Assembly: GCA_951406725.2 (NCBI GenBank)
Contig: OX597841.1
Location: 8,990,001-9,054,000 of the forward strand
Direction: 5' to 3'
Length of the DNA: 64,000 nt
Origin: Octopus vulgaris
Taxonomy: Eukaryota
Of this stretch, positions 11,800 to 24,675 are shown in pieces (position 1 is the first letter of the stretch; the number at the start of each line of letters is the position of its first letter). The translations under genes were made by a program, and so were the position numbers. The notes beneath the pieces were generated by a model, which saw only the letters and a program-made list of their open reading frames with translations, made no database searches and was not told the DNA's origin.

Positions 11800-13340
11800 T
11801 AGATAGAGAGACAGAAAGGAAGATAGGTAGATAGATAGATAGAGAGAGACAGAAAGGAAGATAGGTAGATAGATAGAGAGAGACAGAAAGGAAGATAGGT
11901 AGATAGATAGAGAGAGACAGAAAGGAAGATAGGTAGATAGATAGAGAGAGACAGAAAGGAAGATAGGTAGGTAGATAGATAGAGAGAGACAGAAAGGAAG
12001 ATAGGTAGGTAGATAGATAGAGAGAGACAGAAAGGAAGATAGGTAGGTAGATAGATAGAGAGAGACAGAAAGGAAGATAGGTAGGTAGATAGATAGAGAG
12101 AGACAGAAAGGAAGATAGGTAGGTAGATAGATAGAGAGAGACAGAAAGGAAGATAGGTAGGTAGATAGATAGAGAGAGACAGAAAGGAAGATAGGTAGGT
12201 AGATAGATAGAGAGAGACAGAAAGGAAGATAGGTAGGTAGATAGATAGAGAGAGACAGAAAGGAAGATAGGTAGGTAGATAGATAGAGAGAGACAGAAAG
12301 GAAGATAGGTAGGTAGATAGATAGAGAGAGACAGAAAGGAAGATAGGTAGGTAGATAGATAGAGAGAGACAGAAAGGAAGATAGGTAGGTAGATAGATAG
12401 AGAGAGACAGAAAGGAAGATAGGTAGGTAGATAGATAGAGAGAGACAGAAAGGAAGATAGGTAGGTAGATAGATAGAGAGAGACAGAAAGGAAGATAGGT
12501 AGGTAGATAGATAGAGAGAGACAGAAAGGAAGATAGGTAGGTAGATAGATAGAGAGAGACAGAAAGGAAGATAGGTAGGTAGATAGATAGAGAGAGACAG
12601 AAAGGAAGATAGGTAGGTAGATAGATAGAGAGAGACAGAAAGGAAGATAGGTAGGTAGATAGATAGAGAGAGACAGAAAGGAAGATAGGTAGGTAGATAG
12701 ATAGAGAGAGACAGAAAGGAAGATAGGTAGGTAGATAGATAGAGAGAGACAGAAAGGAAGATAGGTAGGTAGATAGATAGAGAGAGACAGAAAGGAAGAT
12801 AGGTAGGTAGATAGATAGAGAGAGACAGAAAGGAAGATAGGTAGGTAGATAGATAGAGAGAGACAGAAAGGAAGATAGGTAGGTAGATAGATAGAGAGAG
12901 ACAGAAAGGAAGATAGGTAGGTAGATAGATAGAGAGAGACAGAAAGGAAGATAGGTAGGTAGATAGATAGAGAGAGACAGAAAGGAAGATAGGTAGGTAG
13001 ATAGATAGAGAGAGACAGAAAGGAAGATAGGTAGGTAGATAGATAGAGAGAGACAGAAAGGAAGATAGGTAGGTAGATAGATAGAGAGAGACAGAAAGGA
13101 AGATAGGTAGGTAGATAGATAGAGAGAGACAGAAAGGAAGATAGGTAGGTAGATAGATAGAGAGAGACAGAAAGGAAGATAGGTAGGTAGATAGATAGAG
13201 AGAGACAGAAAGGAAGATAGGTAGGTAGATAGATAGAGAGAGACAGAAAGGAAGATAGGTAGGTAGATAGATAGAGAGAGACAGAAAGGAAGATAGGTAG
13301 ATAGATAGAGAGAGACAGAAAGGAAGATAGGTAGATAGAG
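11800..13340 (+). repeat. 38-bp minisatellite AGAGAGAGACAGAAAGGAAGATAGGTAGGTAGATAGAT, ~35 near-perfect copies
   Basis: GAC recurs at 11950, 11988, 12026...; 34-bp variants at both edges. Confidence 0.95.
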
Positions 13341-14199
13341 ATAGATGGACAGGAATATAGGTAGATAAATGGATAGACAGATAGGAAGATAGTTAGATAG
13401 ATGGATAGCTAGATGGACAGACAGACAGATAGGTAGGTACGTAGGTAGGTAGATAGATGGATGGATTGATAGATGTAGGAGGATAAATAGATAGATGAAT
13501 AGGTAAATGGATAGATAGGTAGGTAGGTAGATGGGTTGATAGGTAGGTAAGTAGGTAGATGGATGGCTGGGCAGGTAGATAAATGGGCAGGTAGATAAAT
13601 GGATGGATAGATGGACTGACAGATAGGTAGACAGGCAGATAAGTAGATAGAAGGGTAGGTAGACAGACATAGACAAATCTATAGACATATGAAGGTGGAT
13701 AGACACAGAGAAATGGGTGGCAGATAGACAGGTAGAAAGAAGGATAGACAATTAGTCAGACAGATGATAGACAGATATGAGTAGACACACACATATATGA
13801 AAGAGAGAGCAATAGAGATGGAGTGTGTGTGTAAGGATGTAAAAAAATGGCTGTATGGAGAGTAAGTTTTCAAAGGAAAATGGCGAGTAATGTGTTGATA
13901 GATAAGAGGGGTTAATTAGGGGAAGAGTAAATAAGGGTTACATAGTTAGGACATACTGATACAGAGGGGTTTAAATAAAAACACAGAGCAGGGTTAGGTA
14001 GAAAGATGTGTGTGTGTGTGTTTGTATGAGGGTGTATAGAAAAAGGGTTAGATAAGAGGAATTGGTGATAGATAGATCGCTTGATAGATAGATAGATCAA
14101 TTGATACATAGATGGACTGATAGATCAATCAGTAGATTAACAGATTGATTGATAGACAGATCAATTGATCGATAAGTAGTTAGATTGATTGTTTTTTTT

Positions 14200-14505
14200 T
14201 TTGTTTGTTCTTTCTCGAGCCATGCCTGGCTCATAAGGGCCGGTTTCCCGGTTTCTTGGCATATAGTTTCCCCACCTGGACGGGACGCCGGTCCATCGCA
14301 GGTGAGCTGCAAGATGCAGGAGGAAAGAGTGAGAGAAAGTTGTGGCGAAAGAGTCAGCAGAAGTTTCACCAATACCTTCTGCCGGAGCCGCGTGGAGCTT
14401 AGGTGTTTCGCTCATAAACACACACATTGTCCGGTCAGAGATTCGAACCTGCGATCCCTCGACCACGAGTCCGCTGCTCTAACCATTAGGCCATGTGCCT
14501 CCACA
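14200..14505 (-). mobile_element. tRNA-derived SINE (family B)
   Basis: Minus strand GTGGAGGCACATGGCCTAATGGTTAGAGC (A box) ... GGTTCGAATC (B box); A-rich tail. Confidence 0.8.
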
Positions 14506-15224
14506 GTTAGATTGATTGAAAGATTGATAGATGTTAGAGAGATGGATAGACAGGCAAATGGATTGAAGGATAGACAGGCAGATCGATAGACAGACAGATC
14601 AATAAATAGTCAGAAAGACAGACAAATGGATGGATAAATGTGATAGGTTAGTCGGCAGGTACGTAGATTGATGGATCCCTAAAATGATAGAGGGAGAGTA
14701 AGGTAAATTTGATAGAAAGATAGGTGAGATGATTGATAGATATAAACAGGTGGGAAAGTAAGGAGGTAGATAGCCAGGGATATGGGTAAGTGAATAGAGA
14801 GATATGTAGGTAGGTAGGTCAATATAGACTGATTGCTAGGTAGCTAGGGTACTAGGTGAGTGGATAGGTAGAAAGAGAGATGAATAGGGAGTTAAGGAGA
14901 GAGAGAGGGTTAGATAGACAGAAAGATAGATAGGGAAGAGAGACAGATAGAAAGATAGGTTAAGGGATAAAGGGACAGATAGATAAGCAGACAGATACGT
15001 TGAGGAATAAGTAAACAAACAGAGAGGAGAATAGGTAGGAGGAGATAGGGAGAAGGTAGGAGGAGATGGAGAAGAGAGAGGAGGTCGGGAGGAGGTAGGA
15101 AGGAGGTAGTGAGGAGGGAGGAGATAGAGGAGGTACAGAGGAAGTGGAGAGGATGTGGGGAGGACGTAGAGAGGAGATAAGGAGGAGGTAGGGAAATGGG
15201 GAGGAAATAGAGGGGGTAGGGAGG

Positions 15225-16340
15225 AGATAGATTGATAGACAGGTAGATAGATTGATGGACAGGTAGATAGCTTGATGGACAGGTAGATAGCTTGATGGAC
15301 AGGTAGATAGCTTGATAGACAGGTAGATAGCTTGATAGACAGGTAGATAGCTTGATAGACAGGTAGATAGCTTGATGGACAGGTAGATAGATTGATGGAC
15401 AGGTAGATTGATTGAATGACAGGTAGATAGCTGGATAGACAGGTAGATAGCTTGATAGACAGGTAGATAGATTGATAGACAGGCAGATAGATTGATAGAC
15501 AGGTAGATAGCTTGATAGACAGGTAGATAGCTTGATAGACAGGTAGATAGATTGATAGACAGGCAGATAGATTGATAGACAGGCAGATAGATTGATAGAG
15601 AGGCAGATAGATTAATAGACAGGTAGATAGCTTGATAGACAGGCAGATAGATTGATAGACAGGCAGATAGATTGATAGACAGGCAGATAGATTGATAGAC
15701 AGGTAGATAGATTGATAGACAGGTAGATAGATTGATAGACAGGTAGATAGATTGATAGACAGGTAGATAGATTGATAGACAGGTAGATAGCTTGATAGAC
15801 AGGTAGATAGATTGATAGACAGGCAGATAGATTGATAGACAGGCAGATAGATTGATAGAGAGGCAGATAGATTAATAGACAGGTAGATAGCTTGATAGAC
15901 AGGTAGATAGCTTGATAGACAGGTAGATAGCTTGATAGACAGGCAGATAGATTGATAGACAGGCAGATAGATTGATAGACAGGTAGATAGATTGATAGAC
16001 AGGTAGATAGATTGATAGACAGGCAGATAGATTGATAGACAGGTAGATAGCTGGATAAACAGGCAGATAGATTGATAGACAGGCAGATAGATTGATAGAC
16101 AGGCAGATAGATTGATAGACAGGTAGATAGATTGATAGACAGGTAGATAGATTGATAGACAGGTAGATAGCTGGATAGACAGGCAGATAGATTGATAGAG
16201 AGGCAGATAGATTAATAGACAGGTAGATAGCTTGATAGACAGGTAGATAGCTTGATAGACTGGTAGATAGATTGATAGACAGGTAGATAGCTTGATAGAC
16301 AGGTAGATAGCTTGATAGACAAGTAGATAGATTGATAGGT
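15225..16340 (+). repeat. 20-bp minisatellite AGGYAGATAGMTTGATAGAC, ~55 copies
   Basis: Strict 20-bp register across the whole block. Confidence 0.95.
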
Positions 16341-17104
16341 AGATAGAGGGCGAGATGGATAGATTGAAGGATAGAGAGAAGATAGAGGGATAGATATACA
16401 GACAGAGGGTTAGATAGGTAGATAGATGAAGACAAAAAAGGAGGTAGGTGGGTAGATAGATACATACATAGGTGGGTAGATAGATAGATAGGTAGGTATA
16501 CTAAATCATTTAGGCAAGCTTTATTTCGAATTAAAAACTAAAATTTAGATTTAATTATCAAAAGAAAAACTCAAATTTGCATTGTATAAAAAAAAATTTT
16601 TTTTTTTTCTTTCTTCTAAATCACCCAAAAGTATGAAATGAAGGTCTGTGCTATTTAGCCCTAGGTCAGTCCTGATGAAGCAGTCCAATGAACAGTGTCT
16701 TACCAACTTGACCATGTCTGATCTTTTTTTTAGGGATAGAAGGGATCGTTTAGGATAATGTATCCACTTCAGTTGGGTTTTTTTTTTTGGTGGTGGTGGG
16801 GGGGGCTTTTGTTTTCATAGTTTGAGATGGCAAGTTGGTGTAATTTGAGGGACATATGGCTGTTGTTTCTAGTAGGCTTGACGACCTTTGTTGGGCTTTC
16901 ATGTTTGTGTGTGTATGTGTATGTGTATTAGTATGTGTACATGGTCACTCTTTGCATATAGGCATTTGTGTAGGTAATATGTGTGTGTGTACATATAAAA
17001 CATACTTGTGTGTGTATATATATATGTATGTATATATATACACACACACTGTGTATATATATGTATACAAACACACATATATAACATGCATATTCATATA
17101 TTAA

Positions 17105-17238
17105 ATATATATATGATTGCATGTATATATATATATATATATATATATATGATTGCATGTATATATATATATATATATGATTGCATGTATATATATATAT
17201 ATATATGATTGCATGTATATATATATATATATGATTGC

Positions 17239-17279
<41 letters not shown>

Positions 17280-17516
17280 TGCATGTATATATATATATAT
17301 ATATGATTGCATGTATATATATATATATATGATTGCATGTATATATATATATATATATGATTGCATGTATATATATATATATATATGATTGCATGTATAT
17401 ATATATATATATATGATTGCATGTATATATATATATATATATATATGATTGCATGTATATATATATATATATATATATGATTGCATGTATATATATATAT
17501 ATATATATATGATTGC

Positions 17517-17611
<95 letters not shown>

Positions 17612-17750
17612 TGCATGATATATATATATATATATGATTGCATGTATATATATATATATATATGACTGCATGTATATATATATATATATATATGACTGCA
17701 TGTATGTATGTATATATATATATATGATTGCATGTATATATATATATATA
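17105..17750 (+). repeat. (TA)n punctuated by GATTGCATG
   Basis: ~20 units with variable TA length. Confidence 0.9.
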
Positions 17751-18178
17751 TGTGTGTTGTGTGTGTGTATAATTTACATACACCCATTATTTGTATGCAA
17801 TGTGAATGGTAATACAAAATCTAACCAACAAAAGGCTTATGTGTTAGGCAAGCAATATGTTCTCACACATTCAATAAAAAAGAAAAAAAACCCTGTACAC
17901 ATAAATCTATGTGTGAGCCTGCTGTGTGTGGGTCTACATGTTATATATAATATATATACATATATATATGTGTGTGTGTGTATATGTATATATCAGTTTG
18001 ATGCATGTGTACATATGTATTATATACATGTGTGCACAACATACACACATATATATTGTATGCATTTGTACATATATAATGGATTATACACACGTGTGTG
18101 CACACTCATATATATATATATACATATTGTATACATGTCCATATATGTATATAACGTATCATATATTATATATATATG

Positions 18179-18209
<31 letters not shown>

Positions 18210-18312
18210 GTCATATATATATATATGTGTGTCATATATATATATATGTGTCATATATATATATATATGTGTCATATATATATATATATGTGTCATATAT
18301 ATATATAATGTG

Positions 18313-18349
<37 letters not shown>

Positions 18350-18547
18350 GTGTCATATATATATATAAAATGTGTCATATATACATATATATGTGTGTAT
18401 ATATATATATTTGCATTTATGCATGTAAATATATGTATTTATATACATATATAAAATATATATACATATGCAGATATATATATATATACATATATATATA
18501 TACACGTACATACACACACACACACATATTTATACACATACATACAT

Positions 18548-18580
<33 letters not shown>

Positions 18581-19160
18581 CACACACACACATATATACA
18601 TATATGTACATACACACATGTTTGATGTATAAAAAGAGAATATCAATATGATGTAAAAAGTGAGTGAGTGAGATGTACAGAACAAAAAAAACAAAAAAAA
18701 AGTTGCAGAAATGTCAACATCTCAGCCATGAGGTAGCTACACAGGAATTTATAGGTTTAGGTCAGGTGTCGAGGTTAAAAAAAAAAAAGAAGAAAAAAAC
18801 ATGAAAACAAAAAAACACAACAACACATTCATCATCGTCATCACCACCATCATCATCAATATTATCAATATCAGTATTATCACTATGGTCAGCATCATTG
18901 TCATCATCAAACATTTTTGAAGTTGTCATCACCTTCATTCTCTCCACCACCACCACCACCACCACCACCACCATCGTCATCATCATTGAAATTGATATAA
19001 ACATCCTCTTCATCACCACCACCACCACCGTCGTCATCCTCATCACTGCTGTCCATATCGTTAGCATCGTCAAAGCCGTCTTTATCTTAATTGCTGTCAT
19101 CATGTTGGTTTTCCTTTTTTATTGTCATTGTTTCATTAATTGAGAAGCTTGTTGATTTAC

Positions 19161-19196
<36 letters not shown>

Positions 19197-19198
<2 letters not shown>

Positions 19199-19521
19199 GG
19201 GTAAAGACCCCCTTCAGTCATGAATGACCATGGGATTGCACCTAGAAAGTTACCCTCCTAGACACAAGTCCGGGCAAGGTTGTTTATGGAAGACCAACAG
19301 TTGCCCATGCATACCGGCCTCCCCTCTCCATGCCACCAGTGTTATCCAAGGGAAAGGCAAAGGGGCCGATACAGCTTGCCACCAGTGACGTCGCAACTCA
19401 TTTCTACAGCTGAGTGAACTGGAGCAACATGAAATAAAGTGCCTTGCTCAAGAACACAACACGCAGCCCGGTCCGGGATTCGAGCTCACAACCTCACGAT
19501 CGTAAGCTCGACACTCTAACC
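19197..19521 (-). mobile_element. tRNA-derived SINE with Meta-like central domain (family C)
   Basis: Minus strand TGGCTCAGTGG A box and B-box-like sequence; TTGAGCAAGGCACTTTATTTCA..TTGCTCCAGTTCACTCAGCTG; related copies at 31115-31587 and 52935-53190. Confidence 0.75.
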
Positions 19522-19581
19522 ACTGAGCCATGCGCCTTCACATGATAATAATAATAGTAATAATAATAATAATAATAATAA

Positions 19582-20002
19582 TGATTTCAAATTTTGGAAC
19601 CAGGCCAGTAATTTCTGGTGGTGGTGGGAAGGTTTATAGCCAGTTACATCTACCCCAATACATGACTGGTACTTATTTTATGGACCTTAAAAGGATGAAA
19701 GGCAAAGTTGACCTTAGTGGAATTTGAACTCAGAATGTAAAGTCAGATGAAATACCTATTTCTTTACTACCCGCAAGGGGTTAAACACAGAGAGGGCAAA
19801 CAAGGACAGACAAACGGATTAAGTCAATTATATCGACCCCAGTGCGTAACTGGTACTTATTTAATCGACCCTGAAAGGATGAAAGGCAAAGTCAACCTTG
19901 GCGGAATTTGAACTCAGAACATAGCGGCAGATGAAATACCACTAAGCATTTTTCCCAGCGTGCTAACAATTCTGCCAGCTCACCACTTCAACAATAATAA
20001 TG

Positions 20003-20042
<40 letters not shown>

Positions 20043-20265
20043 TAATCCTTTCTATTAAAGACACAAGGCCTGCAATTTTAGGGAGAGCACTAGTCAGTTA
20101 CCTTGACCCCAGTACAAAACCGGTACTTAATTTATCGACCCCGAAAGGATGAAAGGCAAAGTCGACCTCGCCCCTTGGCGGAATTTGAACTCAGAACGTA
20201 AAGACACAAAATACGGCTAAGAATCTGGTTCAGCATGCTAACGATTCTGCCAGCTTGCCGCCTTC
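19582..20265 (-). mobile_element. Cluster of tRNA-derived SINEs with Nin/Deu-like domain (family D) in (TAA)n
   Basis: Minus strand GGCGGCRAGCTGGCAGAA head, GAGTTCAAATTCC B box, GCCTTTCATCCTTTCGGGGTCGATAAATTAAGTACC. Confidence 0.75.
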
Positions 20266-20917
20266 AATAATAATAGTTAATTACCATCATCTTTTTCACA
20301 GGTGTGATGACTATCATCATCATCATCATCATCATCATCATCGTAACTTAGGCCGTCTTCCTTCTTTCCTCGTCAAGCATTGTTTATAATGATAATTAAA
20401 AAAAAACAAACAAACAAATCTTATCCTCAGCATCATCATCATCATCATAAGCATCACTGTCTTTGTTCATGATTATAGGGTGTCATTACCTTTGGAAAAA
20501 AAAAGGGCCGCTCTGTCGTCATCATCATCATCATCAATTTATTTTCATTTATTTATAATTTTTAATTACCATTTATAAACAAAACATAAATTACCATTTA
20601 TAAAGACATCAGCATCATCATCATCATCATCAGTGGTTTATTTAATGCATTTAGTTTTTTAAAATTCTCTTCCATATTGTTATTATCATAATCATCATCA
20701 TCACCACTATCATTACCAAATATTCCCCCACCACGCCTTCCCCTTCGTCTTATCATCCTCATCCGAATCAGTGTAGCTATCACCACCACCACCTCCACCA
20801 CCACCACCACATGTACTACCATTGCTCATCTTCATTGTGAAGTCTGTACCATTTCATGAATGTTTATTTGTCTACATGTGTGTGTGTGTGCGTATACATA
20901 CATACATACATATTGAT

Positions 20918-20957
20918 GTACCTGAAGAGACTCGGAACGGGTAGAAACATGTTATAC
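20918..20957 (+). ncRNA. Degenerate minimal type-I hammerhead motif (Penelope-type)
   Basis: gtac CTGAAGA G ACTCG gaa CGGGT A GAAA CATG TT atac; mismatch in stem I. Confidence 0.45.
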
Positions 20958-21012
20958 CAAATAAAGTATATTACACATTCCATCTATTTTATTAATACTC
21001 TCTCTCTGTCTG

Positions 21013-21081
<69 letters not shown>

Positions 21082-21085
<4 letters not shown>

Positions 21086-21346
21086 GCAGCGTGGAAGGTG
21101 TTTATACGCCATTTAAGAAACACACAAAAGCCGTTCGATTCACTTCAACATTTAAGTTTAATTTGTCAAAATATTTTCGTCGCTTTAAGACCGCGACCTG
21201 TTCACTGACAAAAATTTGTCAGTGTGAACAGGTCGCGGATTTTAGCAACGAAAATATTTTGACAAATTAAACTTAAATGTTGAAGTGAATCGAACGGCTT
21301 TTGTGTGTTTCTTAAATGGCTTATAAACACCTTCCACGCTGCAATT
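21082..21346. mobile_element. Penelope-like inverted pseudo-LTR pair (~130-bp arms)
   Basis: 21082-21212 is a near-perfect reverse complement of 21215-21346; hammerhead-like fold in each arm; set in (TA)n. Confidence 0.7.
21162..21212 (-). ncRNA. Hammerhead variant with G3-C8 core (GUGAACA)
   Basis: Minus strand TTTGTCA GTGAACA G GTCGC ggtcttaaa GCGAC GAAA ATAT TT TGACAAA. Confidence 0.6.
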
Positions 21347-21498
21347 GTTTTCGTCTCAGCACATGATCTCAGATCAAATTACTTGCTATGCGAGTACATC
21401 TCCGTAATATATATATATATATATACACAATAAATTCAGGGTGAATACTTGATAAATGTAAGCACCTGTATATGCCAGCTAGTAGCATAGGTGAGAGG

Positions 21499-21694
21499 AT
21501 ATATGTATCAAATGAAATAAAATGAAAAACAGGTCTCAAAGGATGTTGCGGTACATATGTTTCGAGCTTTATAGACCAACTTATTCTTACATCAATGATA
21601 TGCTGATTATACATTGATGTAAGAATAAGCTTGAAACACGTGTACCGCGACATCCTTTGTGTTTTGTTTTTTTATTTCATTTGATACATATATA
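21499..21694. mobile_element. Penelope-like fold-back carrying the 3' half of a hammerhead
   Basis: Inverted arms; inner hairpin CTTATTCTTACATCAATG/CATTGATGTAAGAATAAG, then GAAA CACGTG TA; CUGANGA absent. Confidence 0.55.
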
Positions 21695-21698
21695 TATA

Positions 21699-22075
21699 CT
21701 AGCAGTATCGCCCGGCGTTGCTCGGGTTTGTAAGGGAAATAACTATAAAGCATTTTAAGAGAGTTATAGCCAAAAAATAGCAAGAAAATGGGGAAAAAAT
21801 GATGGCAAATTTTTTTTGAGAGTTAAAAAGGTGGAGTTGCGTCCCCTAGACCATCTGTGGTTTGTGTTTCTGATTGTCGACCCCATGTCGAATTTATCGA
21901 TCTTTTTCAGAACTGGGGGAACTTTTCAAAATTTTCGCTGCGTTAGTTTTGAATTATGACATTGGGCTATGTGTGTGTCAAGTTTCATCAGAATCGGTTG
22001 AAAGCCGTGGTCAGGGTGAGGGTACAACCAACCTAACAGACACGCAGACACGCACACAAACTATCGTTTATATAT
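21699..22075 (-). mobile_element. Non-autonomous Helitron
   Basis: Minus-strand 3' end with CCCGAGCAACGCCGGG hairpin then CTAG, in (TA)n; near-identical to 35453-35834. Confidence 0.8.
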
Positions 22076-22177
22076 ATATATATATATATATATAATAATA
22101 ATAAATATTAGGGAATAAATCCAAATTTACAGGGAAAAAATCAGATTTAGGATTAAATCCAATTTTATAGTAAAATA

Positions 22178-22460
22178 TTATATAATATTAATTCGAGACA
22201 AAACCACTATTTTGCAAAACAAACAAGGAAAGACTTAATCAATACATAAAAAATTTTAATATAAAGTAAATAAACCGCCACTTTATAAATTAAAACTGAT
22301 TAGAAGATCGGAAATCCACCTGACGAATGTCATTTGAAGACATGAAACAATTGTAGTGGCGGTTTATTTACTTTATATTAAAATTTTTATGTATTGATTA
22401 AGTCTTTCCTTGTTTGATTTGCAAAATAGTGGTTTTGTCTCGAATTAATATTATATATTA
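22178..22460. mobile_element. Penelope-like inverted pseudo-LTR pair (~105-bp arms)
   Basis: 22178-22282 is the reverse complement of 22355-22460; hammerhead in the spacer. Confidence 0.7.
22316..22359 (+). ncRNA. Minimal type-I hammerhead ribozyme, canonical core
   Basis: CCAC CTGACGA ATGTC atttgaa GACAT GAAA CAATTG TA GTGG; palindromic stem III; GUA cleavage triplet. Confidence 0.85.
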
Positions 22461-22831
22461 ATATATATATATATATATATATATAGTGACCAGCATAAGA
22501 AAAATACGTTTTAAGGTGAAAATTATAGTTATAAATAGCAGCAAAGAGAAACAATATTTCTTTGCCAAATTGCTGAAAAATAGGCACTAAATTGTCTAAC
22601 CACATAAAATATTTTCCCGTGTATTATCACGAATTTCTATTAACTTGCGTTCCTCATTTCGGCACTTGGTGTAATAATACAAATGTAAATATTTTCTGTG
22701 ATTAGAAGATTTGGCATCTATTTTGCAAGCATTTTGGTAAAGATAATCATATATATATATATGTAGGTCCCGGGTTGAGTCGGGGTTAACCACAGTAAAT
22801 AAGGTACTCAATACATAGCAGAGTAAATTAA

Positions 22832-22950
22832 TTTATTTTATAGAAGGAGCTTCTACAGGACTAGAACTGTTTCATTCAAAAGAAATCTTCTGATGATTTC
22901 TTTCGAATGAAACAGTTCTAGTCCTGTAGAAGCTCCTTCTATAAAATAAA
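22832..22950 (+). ncRNA. Fold-back containing a hammerhead motif (22887-22932)
   Basis: ctt CTGATGA tTTC tttc GAAt GAAA CAG ttctagtc CTG TA gaag; ~55-bp inverted arms; stem I clipped at the inversion junction. Confidence 0.6.
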
Positions 22951-23033
22951 ATATATATATATATATATATATATGACTGAAGGGTTGTGATTCTGAGTTT
23001 ACTTGTCATATTTTCCACTTTTTTCTCTCTCGT

Positions 23034-23107
23034 TTATGTATGTAACTTGTTTGTCTACATATTTCATGTTGTTTACACAGTTGGTGACATCCTGTACCCA
23101 TATATGC

Positions 23108-23140
<33 letters not shown>

Positions 23141-23406
23141 CATACATACATACATATTTATTTATTATTGTTTATTGAACACCACACGTCCATTTCCAAG
23201 TATATATATACACACATGTATATATACACATGTATATATATATAAATATATATATTTATATATATATATATATACATGTTTTTAGTGTGTATGTATAAGC
23301 TTGTATATATATATATATATTTCTTTGTGTAAGGTTTTATATGTGTATGCTTCACATGTATGTATGTGTAAGGTTCTGTATATATGTATGTATATGCATG
23401 TATATA
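23034..23406 (+). repeat. Segment duplicated at 25045-25420
   Basis: TTATGTATGTAACTTGTTTGTCTACATATTTCATG...GAACACCACACGTCCATT...AAGGTTTTATATGTG present twice. Confidence 0.9.
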
Positions 23407-23463
23407 AATGTATGTGTATGTATATGTGTTGTATGTGTGTGTAAAGTTGTATATGCATGTGTA

Positions 23464-23506
<43 letters not shown>

Positions 23507-23508
<2 letters not shown>

Positions 23509-23665
23509 GCATGGCTGTGTGGTTAGGGAGCTTGCTTCCTAGCTACATAGTTTCGGGTTCAGTTCCACTGCGTGGCACATTGGGCAGGTGTCTTCCACTA
23601 TGGCCCCGAGTCGACCGAAGCTTTGTAATTGAATTCGGTAGGTGGAAGTTACTGCCGTGTGTGTA
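23507..23665 (+). mobile_element. SINE family A 5' part, diverged
   Basis: TGGCTGTGTGG, GGTTCAGTTCC, TTGGGCAGGTGTCTT. Confidence 0.7.
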
Positions 23666-23867
23666 TGTGTGCGTATAGCTGCTCAGTGCCTCTCTGAAAG
23701 AGAGAGAGAGAGGGATATATATATATATATATATATGATGTATGTGAATGTTTTATGTATATGTTTGTATGTGTGCATATACACTGAAATCAGTACTTAT
23801 CCTTGGAGTCCCGCATGGTGAAATACCTGCATTCTAACAAATTCTACAATTAAATGACACTAATATA

Positions 23868-24271
23868 TCTCTTTACTCTTTAACTTGTTTCAGTCATTTG
23901 ACTGCAGCCATGCTGGAGCACCGCCTTTAGTCGAGCAAATCGATGCTGGGACTTGTTCTTTGTAAGCCTAATACTTATTCTATCGGTCTCTTTTGACGAA
24001 CCGCTAAGTAACAGGGACGTAACACACCAAGCAATGCTAGGGGGACAAACCCAGACACACAAACACACACATATATATATATATATATTTCTTCTAATTA
24101 TGTCATTATAAGGGGAAAAAATTTTTTTTTTTTTTAATTTTCTAATATTCTTCAGACATATTGACGCAAATATATATATTTTTTAACATTTAAGCCTTCT
24201 GTCATTTTTTCACTCTTTACTATTTTCTATATATTCACCCACGTGCTTTCACAAACCAACTTTCTTATCTA

Positions 24272-24311
<40 letters not shown>

Positions 24312-24478
24312 TACGACGGGCTTCTTTCAGTTTCCATCTACCAAATCCACTCACAAGGCATTGGTCGACCCGGGGCTATAGCAGAAGACACCCACCCAAG
24401 GTGCCACGCAGTGGGATTGAACCCGGAAGCATGTGGTTGGTTAGCAAGCTACTTACCACACAGCCACTCCTGCGCCTA
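23868..24478 (-). mobile_element. SINE family A, split at its internal microsatellite by a ~200-bp insert
   Basis: 3' half at 23868-24070, 5' half at 24310-24478. Confidence 0.75.
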
Positions 24479-24675
24479 TATGTATGTATTCAAAGAAAAA
24501 AATTATTAAATGACGCAATACAATAGTATTGCTTCCTAGTAAAACAAAGCACCCTCAGGTTAAAGTATAAATACAGAATAGTGGTACTTTTTGACTGTTC
24601 TTGGTCTGTTAACGATGCGGCATTCGGCGAGTGTTCTGGTATCGATGTAGTAACATTTGAAATTTTATCTAGTTG

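Noticed and set aside
10334-13751. Long ORFs of up to 717 aa
   Set aside because: Translations of tetranucleotide and 38-bp repeats that lack stop codons
14420-14505. tRNA gene (likewise other A/B-box heads)
   Set aside because: No complete cloverleaf; continues into a SINE body
17105-17750. CRISPR-like repeat/spacer pattern (also 38886-39285)
   Set aside because: Spacers are simple repeats, there are no cas genes, and the context is eukaryotic
16856-18651. YI/CV-rich ORFs here and at 26250-28668, 36955-38448, 47825-49568, 56572-63960
   Set aside because: (TA)n/(TG)n artefacts
18748-18770. TGAGGTAG let-7-like start
   Set aside because: The remainder does not match let-7 and there is no hairpin
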